A stretch of DNA of 64,000 nucleotides, taken from NCBI RefSeq assembly GCF_000006765.1, contig NC_002516.2; one strand, 5' to 3'. Made by a program: the position numbers and the translations under genes. Source of the stretch: Pseudomonas aeruginosa PAO1 (GTDB lineage: Bacteria; Pseudomonadota; Gammaproteobacteria; Pseudomonadales; Pseudomonadaceae). Each line of letters starts with the position of its first letter. Within the stretch, counting starts at the first letter, position 1. The notes below the pieces were generated by a model. That model saw only the letters and a program-made list of their open reading frames with translations. It made no database searches and was not told the DNA's origin. Of this stretch, positions 8,567 through 19,118 are shown piece after piece.

Positions 8567-9949
8567 TCAGATCACCCGGGAGAAGCGCTGCCGGTTGAGG
8601 CTGGGCAGGTAGCGGTCGAACAGCATGCAGATCGAACGCACCAGCAGACGTCCGGAAGACGTGATGTCGATGCCCTTGGCGTCCAGGCGGATCAGGCCGT
8701 CGGCGGCGAAGCGTTCGAGATCGGGCCACAGCTCGGCGAAGTAACTGCGGAAGTCGATGCCGAACTCTGTCTCGATATCCTCGAAGGCCAGTTCGAAGTG
8801 GCAGATCAGTTGCTGGATCACCGCGCGCCGCACCCGGTCGTCGCTGTTGCAGTGCAGGCCGCGACGGATCGCCAACTGGCCGTTGTCGAGGCTGGTCTGG
8901 TAGTCGTTGATGTCGCTGCTGTTCTGGCTGTAGAGGTCGCCGATCTGGCTGATCGCCGAGACCCCGAGACCTACCAGGTCACAGTGCCCGTGCGTGGTGT
9001 AGCCCTGGAAATTGCGTTGCAGGGTGCCGTCTTCCTGGGCGCTGGCCAGCTCGTCGTCGGGTAGGGCGAAGTGATCCATGCCGATATAGCGGTAGCCCGC
9101 CGCGGCGAGTTGCTCGGTGGTGCGCTGGAGCATTTCCAGCTTCTGGCCCGGGCTCGGCAGGTCGTCGGCGTTGATCCGCCGCTGCGGCATGAAACGCTCG
9201 GGCAGGTGGGCGTAGTTGAACACCGAGAGGCGATCCGGCTGTAGCGCGATCACTTCGTCGACCGTGCGGGCGAAGCTGTCCGGCGTCTGTTTCGGCAGTC
9301 CGTAGATCAGGTCGAGGTTGATCGAGCGGTATTGCAGGGTGCGCGCGGCCTCGACGATGGTACGGGTCTCCTCCGGGGTCTGCATGCGGTTGACCGCCTT
9401 CTGCACCTCCATGTCGAAGTCCTGTACGCCGAGGCTGACGCGGTTGAAACCGAGTTCGCGGAGCAGGCCCATGGTCGACCAGTCGGCCTCGCGCGGGTCG
9501 ATCTCGATGCCGTAGTCGCCCGAATCGTCGTCCAGCAGGTTGAGGTGGGTGCGCAATTGCGACATGAGTTCGCGCAACTGGCCGGGACTGAGGAAGGTCG
9601 GGGTTCCGCCACCGAAGTGCAGTTGCTCGACCACCTGCTCGCGGGAGAGGTGGCGGCTGACGATCTCGATCTCGCGGACCAGGCGCGCAAGGTACGGCGC
9701 GCTGCGCCCGCGATCCTTGGTGATCACCTTGTTGCAGGCGCAGTAGTAGCAGATGTTGGCGCAGAACGGGATGTGCACGTAGAGCGACAGGGGGTGTCCG
9801 GCCTTCCGGCTGTCGCGCAGGGCGTGCAACTGGTCGAACGGGCCGATGCCTTCGTGGAACTGCACGGCGGTCGGATAGGAGGTGTAACGCGGGCCGGAAA
9901 GGTCGTAGCGCCGAATCAGGTCAGCGTCCCAGCGAATGGTGTCGAGCAT
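8567..9949 (-). CDS. hemN: Oxygen-independent coproporphyrinogen III oxidase (radical SAM)
   Basis: GPRYTSYPTA, CANICYYCAC (CxxxCxxC) and RNFQGY motifs. Confidence 0.97.
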   Translation of the reverse strand: MLDTIRWDADLIRRYDLSGPRYTSYPTAVQFHEGIGPFDQLHALRDSRKAGHPLSLYVHIPFCANICYYCACNKVITKDRGRSAPYLARLVREIEIVSRHLSREQVVEQLHFGGGTPTFLSPGQLRELMSQLRTHLNLLDDDSGDYGIEIDPREADWSTMGLLRELGFNRVSLGVQDFDMEVQKAVNRMQTPEETRTIVEAARTLQYRSINLDLIYGLPKQTPDSFARTVDEVIALQPDRLSVFNYAHLPERFMPQRRINADDLPSPGQKLEMLQRTTEQLAAAGYRYIGMDHFALPDDELASAQEDGTLQRNFQGYTTHGHCDLVGLGVSAISQIGDLYSQNSSDINDYQTSLDNGQLAIRRGLHCNSDDRVRRAVIQQLICHFELAFEDIETEFGIDFRSYFAELWPDLERFAADGLIRLDAKGIDITSSGRLLVRSICMLFDRYLPSLNRQRFSRVI

Positions 9950-10012
9950 GCCAGAGATCCCCAGTTGGCGAGCTTTAGTCGGGAAGTCTAGGGATTGCGC
10001 CGGGAAGGCCTG

Positions 10013-10026
10013 TTGATTTGTATCAA
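10013..10026. promoter_or_regulatory. ANR box for hemN
   Basis: Perfect TTGAT-TTGT-ATCAA. Confidence 0.9.
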
Positions 10027-10076
10027 GCGGGTGAATGTATACAGGATGTGTCGCCCGATGTTGGGACGGGCGTCCG

Positions 10077-10760
10077 TCAATGCCCCATCAGCCAGGCCTG
10101 GTGCGGTCCTGGGAGGGTCCAGAGGCCGAAGAGGATGACCATCAGGCCGCCCACGATGCGTACGCCGCGACGGCGCAGCAGGGCGGTCACCCGTTCGGCG
10201 GCCATGCCGGTGGCCAGCAGAACCGGCCAGGTGCCGAGGCCGAACGCCAGCATCAGCAGCGCGCTGTCCAGTGCCGATCCCTGGCTGGTGGCCCAGAGCA
10301 GGGTGCTGTAGACCAGCCCGCAGGGCAGCCAGCCCCAGATCGCTCCGAGCAGCAGGGCCCGTGGCAGGCTGGAGACCGGCAGCAGGCGCCGGGCGAAGGG
10401 TTCCAGGTGGCGCCAGAGGCCGCGACCGAGCGCCTCGACGCGGGTCAGGCCGCTCCACCAGCCGGCCAGGTAGAGTCCCATGGCGATCAGCAGCAGCCCG
10501 GCGACCACCCGCAGCGCGCCGGCCAACGGGGTGCGCGCCACCGCCCAGCCGGCCAGGCCGAGCAGCAGGCCGGCGCAGGCGTAGCTGAGGATGCGGCCGA
10601 GGTTGTAGGCCAGCAGCAGGCGCAGACGACGGCCGCGCTGTTCGGCGGGAATGGCCAGGGTCAGGGCGCCCATCAGGCCGCCGCACATGCCCAGGCAGTG
10701 GCCTCCCCCGAGCAGGCCGAGGATCAGCGCGGAAACCAGCAGCGGCGCCAGTTCAGCCAC
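10077..10760 (-). CDS. Cytochrome biogenesis membrane protein (TauE/SafE or DsbD_2-like) of the ccoGHIS cluster
   Basis: GGHCLGMCGG and GWLPCGLVY motifs; multi-TM. Confidence 0.85.
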   Translation of the reverse strand: MAELAPLLVSALILGLLGGGHCLGMCGGLMGALTLAIPAEQRGRRLRLLLAYNLGRILSYACAGLLLGLAGWAVARTPLAGALRVVAGLLLIAMGLYLAGWWSGLTRVEALGRGLWRHLEPFARRLLPVSSLPRALLLGAIWGWLPCGLVYSTLLWATSQGSALDSALLMLAFGLGTWPVLLATGMAAERVTALLRRRGVRIVGGLMVILFGLWTLPGPHQAWLMGH

Positions 10761-10962
10761 GCGGTCGGTCCTCGGGTTTCGACGGCTTCTCCGCTTCGTC
10801 GACGCCGGCCTGGTGCTTCGGGTCTTCGTCGTCGAAGAGAATGCTGTGGGCGGGGCCGTCGAGATCGTCGTACTGGCCGCTGTCCACCGCCCAGAAGAAC
10901 ACGTAGATGGCGATGGCGACGATGACGATCGCGACGGGGATCAGGATGTAGAGCGCGGCCAT
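10753..10962 (-). CDS. ccoS: cbb3 oxidase assembly protein CcoS/FixS
   Basis: MAALYILIP...FFWAVDSGQYDDLDGPAHSILFDDE; GAGG RBS; 69 aa. Confidence 0.9.
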   Translation of the reverse strand: MAALYILIPVAIVIVAIAIYVFFWAVDSGQYDDLDGPAHSILFDDEDPKHQAGVDEAEKPSKPEDRPRG

Positions 10963-13376
10963 ACGGACCTCGGCGAAGGGGTTCGGGTCAGCCGCAGGGC
11001 GTTGACCACCACCAGCAGCGAACTGACCGACATGCCGATCGCCGCCCAGCCCGGGGTGATCCAGCCGAGCGCGGCGAAGGGCAGGACCAGGCCATTGTAC
11101 AGGCTGGCCCAGGCCAGGTTCTCGATGATGATATGGCGGGTGCGGCGCGCCAGCCGGAAAGTCTGCACCAGGCTGTCCAGGCGGTTGGACAGGAGCACCG
11201 CGTCGGCGCTGGTCTTGGCCAGGTCGGTGGCGCTGCCCATGGCGACGCTGATGTCGGCACCGGCGAGCACCGGTACGTCGTTGACTCCGTCGCCGAGCAT
11301 CAGCACCCGGCGGCCCTCGCCGTGCAGGCGTTCGAGCATGGCCAGCTTGTCGTCCGGGGTCAGGCCGCCGCGGGCTTCGTCGATGCCCAGTTCGGCAGCG
11401 ACGCTGGCGACCATCGGCGAGGCGTCGCCGGATAGCAGGAGGGTGCGCCAGCCGCGCGCCTTGCAGGCGGCGAGCAGGGCGGGGGCGTCGCTGCGCAGGC
11501 GGTCGTCGAGACCGAACCAGGCCAGCGGTCCCTGCTCGTCGCCGAGCAGCAGCCACTGTCCGGAGTCGCCGGGCATCGCGGGCGTGGCGCTGCCGCCCAG
11601 GTTGCTGACGAAGGCGGCCTGGCCGATGCGCAGGCGGCGGCCTTCCACCAGGCCTTCGAGGCCCAGTCCCGGATGGCTTGCGACGCTGTCGGCGGCCTCC
11701 GGCGCACGGCCGAAGGCGCGGGCGATGGGGTGTTCGGAACGGTTCTCGAGGGCGGCGGCGAGGGCCAGGCAGCGATCCGCGTCGAGATCGCGCAGGGGTA
11801 GCACCTGCTTGAGCGTCAGGCGGCCTTCGGTGAGGGTGCCGGTCTTGTCGAAGATTACCGTGTCGATGTGGTTCAGCCCTTCCAGCACGTGCCCGCGCGT
11901 GATCAGCAGGCCGAGCTTGTGCAGGCTGCCGGTGGCCGCGGTGAGCGCGGTGGGCGTGGCCAGCGACAGGGCGCAGGGGCAGGTGGCGACCAGCAGCGAC
12001 AGCACCACCCAGAAGGCGCGCTGGTGGTCGACCTGCCACCACAGCGCGCCGACCGCTGCGGCGACCAGCAGGACGATGAGCAGGAACCACTGCGCCACCT
12101 TGTCGGCCAGTTCCGCCAGGCGCGGCTTGTCCGCCTGGGCGCGTTCCAGCAGGCGGACGATGGCCGACAGGCGGCTGTCGTCGCCAAGGGCGCCGACCTC
12201 GACGGTCAGCGGCCCCTCGACGTTCAGGGTACCGCCGGTGACGGTGTCGCCGGCCTGGCGTGGATGGGGCAGGTACTCGCCGGTGAGCAGCGACTCGTCG
12301 ACGCTGGACTGGCCGTCGAGGATCACTCCGTCGGCCGGCAGCACGGCGCCTGGCGGTACCAGCACGCGGTCGCCGACGCGCAGTTCGCTGAGCAGGATGC
12401 GCTCGCCCTGGTTGGCGGCGTCCAGGCGCAGGCAGGACGCCGGCAGCAGGTTGACCAGTTGCGCGGTGGAGGCGGCGGTGCGCTCCCGCGCGCGGCGTTC
12501 GAGGTAGCGGCCGGCGAGGAGGAACAGGGCGAACATGCCGACCGCGTCGAAATACAGCTCGCCCTGGCCGGTGATCGTCGACCAGATGCCGGCGACGTAG
12601 GCGCCGCCGATCGCCAGCGACACCGAGACGTCCATGGTCAGGTGGCGGGTGCGCAGGTCGCGCAGGGCGCCACGGAAGAACTGGCCGCAGCAGTAGAAGA
12701 CGATCGGCGTGGTGAGGATCAGGCTGACCCAGCGCAGGATGCGGTCCATGCCGGCGGAAAGGTCGAGGTTGAATTCCGGCCAGGTCGCCATCACCGCCAT
12801 CATCACCTGGATCCACAGCAGGCCGGCGACACCGAGCTGGCGCAGGGCGCGGCGGTTCTCCATGGCCAGGCGCTCGGTGGCGCGGTCGGGTTGGTAGGGA
12901 TGGCCGGCATAGCCGATCTGGCGCAGTTCGCCAAGCAACTGGCTGAGCGGCAACTGGCTGTCCTGCCAGCGCACGTGCAGGCGATGGTTGGACAGGTTGA
13001 GCCGCGCCTCGGCCACGCCAGGCAACTGGCGCAGGTGCTTCTCGATCAGCCAGCCGCAGGCGGCGCAACTGATGCCTTCGATCATCAGGCTGGTTTCCGC
13101 CAGCTCGCCCTCATGGCGGACGAAGCCGCCCTGTACGTCCGGGCGGTCGTAGAGCTGCAACTCTTCGCTGAGCGCCTTGGGCAAGGCTTCGGGATTGGCG
13201 GCGTTTTCGCTGCGGTGCCGGTAGTAGCTTTCCAGGCCGCCGGCGACGATGGCCTCGGCCACCGCCTGGCAGCCCGGACAGCACATGGCCCGCGTCTCGC
13301 CGAGCACGCGGGCCTCGAAGCGGCTGCCGGCGGGGACCGGCAAGCCGCAGTGGTAGCAGGGCAGGGGGGCGCTCAT
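10941..13376 (-). CDS. ccoI: Heavy-metal (Cu) P1B-type ATPase CcoI/FixI
   Basis: CYHCG and CCPGC N-terminus, CAAC metal-binding domain, CPCALSLATP, DKTGTLT, GDGVND. Confidence 0.95.
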   Translation of the reverse strand: MSAPLPCYHCGLPVPAGSRFEARVLGETRAMCCPGCQAVAEAIVAGGLESYYRHRSENAANPEALPKALSEELQLYDRPDVQGGFVRHEGELAETSLMIEGISCAACGWLIEKHLRQLPGVAEARLNLSNHRLHVRWQDSQLPLSQLLGELRQIGYAGHPYQPDRATERLAMENRRALRQLGVAGLLWIQVMMAVMATWPEFNLDLSAGMDRILRWVSLILTTPIVFYCCGQFFRGALRDLRTRHLTMDVSVSLAIGGAYVAGIWSTITGQGELYFDAVGMFALFLLAGRYLERRARERTAASTAQLVNLLPASCLRLDAANQGERILLSELRVGDRVLVPPGAVLPADGVILDGQSSVDESLLTGEYLPHPRQAGDTVTGGTLNVEGPLTVEVGALGDDSRLSAIVRLLERAQADKPRLAELADKVAQWFLLIVLLVAAAVGALWWQVDHQRAFWVVLSLLVATCPCALSLATPTALTAATGSLHKLGLLITRGHVLEGLNHIDTVIFDKTGTLTEGRLTLKQVLPLRDLDADRCLALAAALENRSEHPIARAFGRAPEAADSVASHPGLGLEGLVEGRRLRIGQAAFVSNLGGSATPAMPGDSGQWLLLGDEQGPLAWFGLDDRLRSDAPALLAACKARGWRTLLLSGDASPMVASVAAELGIDEARGGLTPDDKLAMLERLHGEGRRVLMLGDGVNDVPVLAGADISVAMGSATDLAKTSADAVLLSNRLDSLVQTFRLARRTRHIIIENLAWASLYNGLVLPFAALGWITPGWAAIGMSVSSLLVVVNALRLTRTPSPRSVWPRSTS

Positions 13377-13912
13377 GGGCGCTTCGCTTCTGCTCCCTGG
13401 AGCGGTTCGTCACCCAGCTCCATGACCACGGTCGGCGATACCACCTCTTCCTCGAACAGGCGCCACTGGCCGCTGCCTTCCTGGCCGAGCAGTTCGACGA
13501 AGCGACGGCCCTCGACGGCGTCGGTCAGTTGCCCGACGTAGCGCTCGCGGTCGGAGTTGCTGCGCAGCAGCTCCACGCGGCGGTCCTTCTCCGGCTGGGT
13601 CGGCGAGATCAGGTTGAGGGTGAGCCGATCCGGACGGCTGTTGCCGGTCAGGCGCACTTCGACTTCGCCGGTCAGGTCGTCGACCTTGACCTTGGCGTGC
13701 ACCTGCAGGCGTACGGCCAGGTTCTCGCGTTCCAGGGAGCGGTTGATGCCCTTGCCGGCCTCGTAGTAGTTGTCGGTGACCAGGGTGTCCTGGTTGCGCA
13801 CCGCGATGGTGACCAGGCTCAGCCCGAGCACCACCGAGGTCGCCAGGAGGGCCACGATGAACCAGGCCCAGAAGTGTTTGTACCAGGGTTGAGGGTGGGT
13901 CTCGGACTGCAT
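13373..13912 (-). CDS. ccoH: FixH/CcoH family protein
   Basis: PWYKHFWAWFIV, single TM, DNYYEAGKGIN; position in ccoGHIS. Confidence 0.85.
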   Translation of the reverse strand: MQSETHPQPWYKHFWAWFIVALLATSVVLGLSLVTIAVRNQDTLVTDNYYEAGKGINRSLERENLAVRLQVHAKVKVDDLTGEVEVRLTGNSRPDRLTLNLISPTQPEKDRRVELLRSNSDRERYVGQLTDAVEGRRFVELLGQEGSGQWRLFEEEVVSPTVVMELGDEPLQGAEAKRP

Positions 13913-13923
13913 GCTCAAGTTAC

Positions 13924-15339
13924 TCAACGGGTGCGTGGGCCAATGAAGCGACTCTTCGCTTCTTTATGGATGCTCGGGTCGTCGGCCGACTCGATGGTGA
14001 AGACGATCTCGTTGGTGGTCGAAGGCAGCTTCTCCGGCTCGATGGACAGTTCCATCGGCAGGTTGAGGATGTCGCCCGCCGCCACCTTCAGCTCGCGCCG
14101 GCCTTCCAGGGTCAGGCCTTCGAGGCCCTTGGCGCCGAGGATGTAGGTGTGGTCCTGCTGATCCTTGTTCATGATCTTCAGGCTGTACACGTTCTCGATG
14201 CGGCCGAGTTCGTTCTCGCGGTAGAGCACGCGGTCCTTGCTGACGTCGAAGCCGACCAGCGGGCGCAGGACCACCGCGGTGATCAGGGCGGAGATCATCA
14301 GCACCAGGGCGATGGCGTAGCCGATCAGGCGCGGCCGGGCCAGGTGGGTCTTCTGGCCGTTGAGGTTGTGCTCGGTGGTGTAGCTGATCAGCCCTTTCGG
14401 GTAGTTCATCTTCTCCATGATGCTGTCGCAGGCGTCGATGCACGCCGCGCAGCCGATGCACTCGATCTGCAGGCCGTCGCGGATGTCGATGCCGGTCGGG
14501 CAGACCTGCACGCACATCGTGCAGTCGATGCAGTCGCCCAGGCCCTGGGCCTTGTAGTCGAGGGACTTCTTGCGCGGGCCGCGCTTCTCGCCACGACGCG
14601 GATCGTAGGAGACGATCAGGGTGTCCTTGTCGAACATCACGCTCTGGAAGCGCGCGTAGGGGCACATGTAGATGCACACCTGCTCGCGCAGCCAGCCGGC
14701 GTTGCCGTAGGTGGCCAGGGTGAAGAAGCCGACCCAGAAGTAGGCCCAGCCGTCGGCCTGGCCGGTGAGCAGCTCGGGAATCAGCTCGCGGATCGGCGAG
14801 AAGTAGCCGACGAAGGTCAGGCCGGTGACCAGGCCGATCAGCAGCCACAGGCTGTGCTTGGCGGTCTTGCGCAGCAGCTTGTTGCCGCTCATCGGAGCCT
14901 TGTCCAGCTTGATGCGCTGGTTGCGGTCGCCTTCGGTGACCTTCTCGCACCACATGTAGATCCAGGTCCACACGCTCTGCGGGCAGGTATAGCCACACCA
15001 GACGCGACCGGCGAACACGGTGATGAAGAACAGGCCGAAGGCGCAGACGATCAGCAGCCAGGACAGCAGCATGAAGTCCTGCGGCCAGAAGGTGGCGCCG
15101 AAGATGTAGAACTTGCGCTCGGGTAGGTCCCACCAGACGGCCTGGCGGCCGCTCCAGTTGAGCCAGACGGTACCGAAGTAGAGGAGGAAGAGCGCCGCAC
15201 CGCCCACCATGCGCAGTCGGCGGAAGATACCGGTGAAGGCCCGGGTGTAGATCTTCTCGCGCTTGGCGTAGAGATCGTTGTTATTGGTGTCGCCCTTGGC
15301 AGGCGGGGTGACGTCTTGAACGGGAATCTGTTTGCTCAT
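13924..15339 (-). CDS. ccoG: cbb3 oxidase accessory 4Fe-4S protein CcoG/FixG
   Basis: GRVWCGYTCPQ, CIYMCPY, CIDCTMCVQVCP and CIGCAACIDAC motifs. Confidence 0.95.
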   Translation of the reverse strand: MSKQIPVQDVTPPAKGDTNNNDLYAKREKIYTRAFTGIFRRLRMVGGAALFLLYFGTVWLNWSGRQAVWWDLPERKFYIFGATFWPQDFMLLSWLLIVCAFGLFFITVFAGRVWCGYTCPQSVWTWIYMWCEKVTEGDRNQRIKLDKAPMSGNKLLRKTAKHSLWLLIGLVTGLTFVGYFSPIRELIPELLTGQADGWAYFWVGFFTLATYGNAGWLREQVCIYMCPYARFQSVMFDKDTLIVSYDPRRGEKRGPRKKSLDYKAQGLGDCIDCTMCVQVCPTGIDIRDGLQIECIGCAACIDACDSIMEKMNYPKGLISYTTEHNLNGQKTHLARPRLIGYAIALVLMISALITAVVLRPLVGFDVSKDRVLYRENELGRIENVYSLKIMNKDQQDHTYILGAKGLEGLTLEGRRELKVAAGDILNLPMELSIEPEKLPSTTNEIVFTIESADDPSIHKEAKSRFIGPRTR

Positions 15340-15454
15340 CAGTGCGTACCACGGCAGTGGGGGGCGCCCGGCCGGTACATGCCGACAGGGTCAGAAAATA
15401 GTTGCACGCCTACTGATTATACGCCTGATCTATCAGGCTTTTTGCGGTAACTGT

Positions 15455-15469
15455 GCGACTTTTGGTCGC
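15455..15469. promoter_or_regulatory. RegA/PrrA/RoxR-type box upstream of ccoG
   Basis: GCGAC-TTTTG-GTCGC palindrome. Confidence 0.55.
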
Positions 15470-15499
15470 GTATTGTCCCATTCGCGCTTTTCTTTTGCA

Positions 15500-15533
15500 C
15501 AAAATAAAACGGCGCCGGGGTTGCCGGCGCCGT
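15500..15533 (-). terminator. Intrinsic terminator after ccoP1
   Basis: ACGGCGCCGG-CAACC-CCGGCGCCGT followed by TTTATTTTG on the minus strand. Confidence 0.8.
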
Positions 15534-15556
15534 CTGGGTCGTGGGGGAGGGAGCGC

Positions 15557-16513
15557 TTATTCGGCGCTCTTCTCGCCGTGCGACAGGCTGTATACGTAGG
15601 CGGCCAGCAGGTGCACCTTGTCGTTGCCCAGGTGTTCCTGTTGCGCCGGCATCACACCCTGGCGACCGTAGCGGATGGTCTGCTGCAGTTGCGCGAAGCT
15701 GGAGCCGTAGATGAACGCGCCGGGGTGGGTCAGATCGGGAGCGCCCATCGCCGGGGTGCCCTTGCCTTCCGGACCGTGGCAGGCGACGCAGGTGGTAGCG
15801 AAGACCTGCTTGCCGGCCTCGATGTCTGCCTTGGCGCCTTCCGGCAGCTTACGGCCATCCATCTGGGTGAGGACGAAAGCGGCGACGTTCTTCACGCCTT
15901 CCTCGCCGATCACTTCACCCCAGGCCGGCATGGCGGCGTGGCGGCCAGCCATGATGGTGGTCTTGATGGTTTCCGGCTCGCCGCCCCAGCGCCAGTCGGC
16001 GTCGGTCAGGTTGGGGAAGCCGTAGGCGCCCTTGGCGTCGGAGCCGTGGCAGATCGAGCAGTTGGAGGCGAACAGGCGACCGCCCATTTTCACCGCCTGC
16101 GGATCCTTGGCGACTTCCTCGATGGGCATCGCGGCGAACTTGGCGAAGATCGGGCCGTATTTCTCGTCGGCCTTGGCCATTTCCTTTTCCCACTGGTGGA
16201 CGCCGGTCCAGCCTTTTTCCTTGTCGGCGAATTCGTCGGCGGACTGGTAGCCCGGCATCAGGCCTTTCCAGGTGCCCAGGCCCGGGTACAGGGCCAGGTA
16301 CCCCACGGCGAACACCAGGGTGCCGACGAACAGCATGAACCACCACTTCGGCAGCGGGTTGTCGTACTCCTCGATGCCGTCGTAGGAGTGGCCCACGGTC
16401 TCGTCGGTGGTGCTGCTGCGCTGGCCCTTGCGGGTGGCGAAGATCAGCCAGGTCAGCGCCAGCAGGGTGCCGAGGGTGAGAGCTGTAATGTACAGACTCC
16501 AGAAGGTCGTCAT
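15557..16513 (-). CDS. ccoP1: cbb3 cytochrome c oxidase subunit III, operon 1
   Basis: [18 protein letters not shown]; two CxxCH hemes (CSICH, CVACH). Confidence 0.95.
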   Translation of the reverse strand: MTTFWSLYITALTLGTLLALTWLIFATRKGQRSSTTDETVGHSYDGIEEYDNPLPKWWFMLFVGTLVFAVGYLALYPGLGTWKGLMPGYQSADEFADKEKGWTGVHQWEKEMAKADEKYGPIFAKFAAMPIEEVAKDPQAVKMGGRLFASNCSICHGSDAKGAYGFPNLTDADWRWGGEPETIKTTIMAGRHAAMPAWGEVIGEEGVKNVAAFVLTQMDGRKLPEGAKADIEAGKQVFATTCVACHGPEGKGTPAMGAPDLTHPGAFIYGSSFAQLQQTIRYGRQGVMPAQQEHLGNDKVHLLAAYVYSLSHGEKSAE

Positions 16514-16608
16514 TCTTTGTTACTCCTAGAAGCTTGCTCGACGTGCTTTTTGGCTTCGGGATCGTCTGCGAAGGGCAGCATCGTCGCTTCGTCGAAGCTC
16601 TTCTTGCG
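16509..16608. repeat. 100-bp identical direct repeat shared with 20041-20140 (ccoQ 3' half / ccoP start)
   Basis: Base-by-base comparison GTCATTCTTTG...TTCTTGCG; repeat period 3532 bp. Confidence 0.85.
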
Positions 16609-16695
16609 CTTGCCGCTGTAGGCCCAGATCACCAGGCCGATGAAGGCGACCATGATCACCACGGTGCCCAGTCCACGCAGAGTCCCGATATCCAT
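16510..16695 (-). CDS. ccoQ1: cbb3 oxidase subunit IV, operon 1
   Basis: 61 aa MDIGTLRG...[13 protein letters not shown]. Confidence 0.9.
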   Translation of the reverse strand: MDIGTLRGLGTVVIMVAFIGLVIWAYSGKRKKSFDEATMLPFADDPEAKKHVEQASRSNKE

Positions 16696-16700
16696 CACAC

Positions 16701-17312
16701 TCACCGTTTGCTCTTGATAGAGGTTCCCAGGCCTTGAAGGAACGCCACCAGGGCGTCCATCTCGGTCTTGCCCTTCACGGCTTCACGTGCACCGGCGATG
16801 TCCTCGTCGGTGTAAGGCACGCCCAGCTTGCGCAGGACTTCCATCTTGGTGGCGGTGTCCTTGCCATCAAGCTTGTTCTCTACCAGCCACGGGTAGGCAG
16901 GCATCTTCGACTCGGGCACCACGTTGCGCGGGTTGTACAGGTGCGCGCGGTGCCAGTCGTCGGAGTAACGGCCGCCGACGCGGGCCAGGTCCGGGCCGGT
17001 ACGCTTGGAACCCCACAGGAACGGGTGGTCCCAGACGCTTTCACCGGCGACCGAGTAATGGCCGTAGCGTTCGGTCTCGGCACGGAACGGACGGACCATC
17101 TGCGAGTGGCAGCCGACGCAGCCTTCGCGGATGTAGATGTCGCGACCTTCCAGTTCCAGGGCGGTACGCGGCTTCATGCCTTCGACCGGGGTATTGGTCA
17201 CGTCCTGGAAGAACAGCGGAACGATCTGGGTCAGGCCGCCGATGCTGACGGCGATCACCATGAAGATGGCCAGCAGGCCGACGTTCTTCTCGAGTATTTC
17301 GTGGTTCTTCAT
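16701..17312 (-). CDS. ccoO1: cbb3 oxidase subunit II, operon 1
   Basis: EGCVGCHSQ heme motif and [14 protein letters not shown]. Confidence 0.95.
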   Translation of the reverse strand: MKNHEILEKNVGLLAIFMVIAVSIGGLTQIVPLFFQDVTNTPVEGMKPRTALELEGRDIYIREGCVGCHSQMVRPFRAETERYGHYSVAGESVWDHPFLWGSKRTGPDLARVGGRYSDDWHRAHLYNPRNVVPESKMPAYPWLVENKLDGKDTATKMEVLRKLGVPYTDEDIAGAREAVKGKTEMDALVAFLQGLGTSIKSKR

Positions 17313-17326
17313 TTACGTCGGGCTCC

Positions 17327-18754
17327 TCAGGCGATCTGCGCGGCGGCTTCGTATTCGGCCGGCTTGGCAGCACGCACGGTGCGCCAGGTGTTGTAGGCCA
17401 TCAGCAGCATGCCGGTGAGGAAGAAACCACCGCCGATCATGCGCACGATGAAGCCCGGGTGGCTTGCGACCAGTGCTTCAACGAAGGAGTAGGTCAGGGT
17501 GCCGTCCTCGTTGACCGCGCGCCACATCAGGCCCTGGGTGATGCCGTTGACCCACATCGAAGCGATGTACAGCACGGTACCGATGGTGGCCAGCCAGAAG
17601 TGCGCGTTGATCAGACCGATGCTGTGCATCTGCGGACGGCCGAAGACTTTCGGGATCAGGTGGTAGAGCGAGCCGATGGAGATCATCGCCACCCAGCCGA
17701 GGGCGCCGGCGTGCACGTGGCCGATGGTCCAGTCGGTGTAGTGGGAGAGGGCGTTGACGGTCTTGATCGCCATCATCGGGCCTTCGAAGGTGGACATGCC
17801 GTAGAAGGCCAGGGATACCACCAGGAAGCGCAGGATCGGGTCGGTGCGCAGCTTATGCCAGGCGCCGGAGAGGGTCATCATGCCGTTGATCATGCCGCCC
17901 CAGCTCGGTGCCAGGAGGATCAGCGACATCACCATGCCCAGCGACTGCGCCCAGTCCGGCAGCGCGGTGTAGTGCAGGTGGTGCGGGCCGGCCCAGATGT
18001 ACAGGGAGATCAGCGCCCAGAAGTGGACGATGGACAGGCGATAGGAATAGACCGGACGCTCGGCCTGCTTGGGCACGAAGTAGTACATCATGCCGAGGAA
18101 GCCGGTGGTCAGGAAGAAGCCCACGGCGTTGTGCCCGTACCACCACTGGACCATCGCATCGGTGGCGCCGGAGTAGGCGGAGTAGGACTTGAACCAGCTC
18201 ACCGGCAGCGACATGTGGTTGACGATGTGCAGCATCGCCGTCACCAGGATGAAGGCACCGTAGAACCAGTTGCCCACATAGATGTGCTTGACCTTGCGCT
18301 TGACGATGGTGCCGAAGAACACGATCGCGTAGGTGATCCAGACGATCGCCAGGAGGATGGCCAGCGGCCATTCCAGTTCGGCGTATTCCTTGGAGGTGGT
18401 GAAACCCTGCGGCAGGGTCAGCACGGCGCCCACGATCACGGCCTGCCAACCCCAGAAGGTGAAGGCCGCCAGCGTGTCTGAAATCAGTCGGGCTTGCGAG
18501 GTACGTTGCACCACGTAGTACGAGGTGGCGAAGAGGGCGCACCCACCGAAGGCGAAGATCACCGCGTTGGTGTGCAGGGGGCGAAGGCGGCCGAAGCTCG
18601 TCCACGGCAGGTCGAAGTTCAATTCGGGCCATACCAGTTGGGCGGCGATCAGGACACCGAGACCCATTCCAATGACCCCCCAGACCACCGTCATAACGGC
18701 GAACTGGCGGACCACCTTATAGTTATAAGCAGTCTGACTGATTGCTGTGCTCAT
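17327..18754 (-). CDS. ccoN1: cbb3 oxidase catalytic subunit I, operon 1
   Basis: [27 protein letters not shown] and GHVHAGALG; 475 aa from MSTAISQ; no ANR box upstream. Confidence 0.95.
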   Translation of the reverse strand: MSTAISQTAYNYKVVRQFAVMTVVWGVIGMGLGVLIAAQLVWPELNFDLPWTSFGRLRPLHTNAVIFAFGGCALFATSYYVVQRTSQARLISDTLAAFTFWGWQAVIVGAVLTLPQGFTTSKEYAELEWPLAILLAIVWITYAIVFFGTIVKRKVKHIYVGNWFYGAFILVTAMLHIVNHMSLPVSWFKSYSAYSGATDAMVQWWYGHNAVGFFLTTGFLGMMYYFVPKQAERPVYSYRLSIVHFWALISLYIWAGPHHLHYTALPDWAQSLGMVMSLILLAPSWGGMINGMMTLSGAWHKLRTDPILRFLVVSLAFYGMSTFEGPMMAIKTVNALSHYTDWTIGHVHAGALGWVAMISIGSLYHLIPKVFGRPQMHSIGLINAHFWLATIGTVLYIASMWVNGITQGLMWRAVNEDGTLTYSFVEALVASHPGFIVRMIGGGFFLTGMLLMAYNTWRTVRAAKPAEYEAAAQIA

Positions 18755-19033
18755 GCTAGGGGTTCCACGGTTAATGGACTTTTTTAGGGACAAAAAATCG
18801 GCGGCAAGTATGGAGAAAGCGGGTGGGCATTGCAACGCGCCAGGCCAGGGGCGACGCCAGTTTGATGCCTGCTTCAGAGCGCTTTCCAAGGCGGCCGTAT
18901 GGCTTTCTGGCGCTATCCGGGCGAGTGGGTTCGGCCGGTGAAGTTAGGTGTCCCGTCGCTCTGCCGGAGAGGGACGAATGCAGAGCAGCTTAGACGCGAT
19001 TGAAAAGGAAGGGTAGGAAAGGCGTCCGCTGGT

Positions 19034-19048
19034 GCGACACTTCGTCGC
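19034..19048. promoter_or_regulatory. RegA/PrrA/RoxR-type box upstream of ccoN1
   Basis: GCGAC-ACTTC-GTCGC, same arms as the ccoG site. Confidence 0.55.
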
Positions 19049-19083
19049 GCCGCCTGGGACTAAGGTCTGAGACCGGGGGAAGG

Positions 19084-19107
19084 ACCCGCGCCCGGGAGGG
19101 CGCGGGT
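19084..19107 (-). terminator. GC-rich hairpin after ccoP2 (weak U tract)
   Basis: ACCCGCGCCC-GGGA-GGGCGCGGGT; followed only by CCTT on the minus strand. Confidence 0.45.
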
Positions 19108-19118
19108 GGGGGGAGGGG

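Noticed and set aside
15425-15436. CTGAT-CT-ATCAG as an ANR box for ccoG
   Set aside because: Spacer is 2 nt rather than 4 and the outer bases differ from TTGAT-N4-ATCAA
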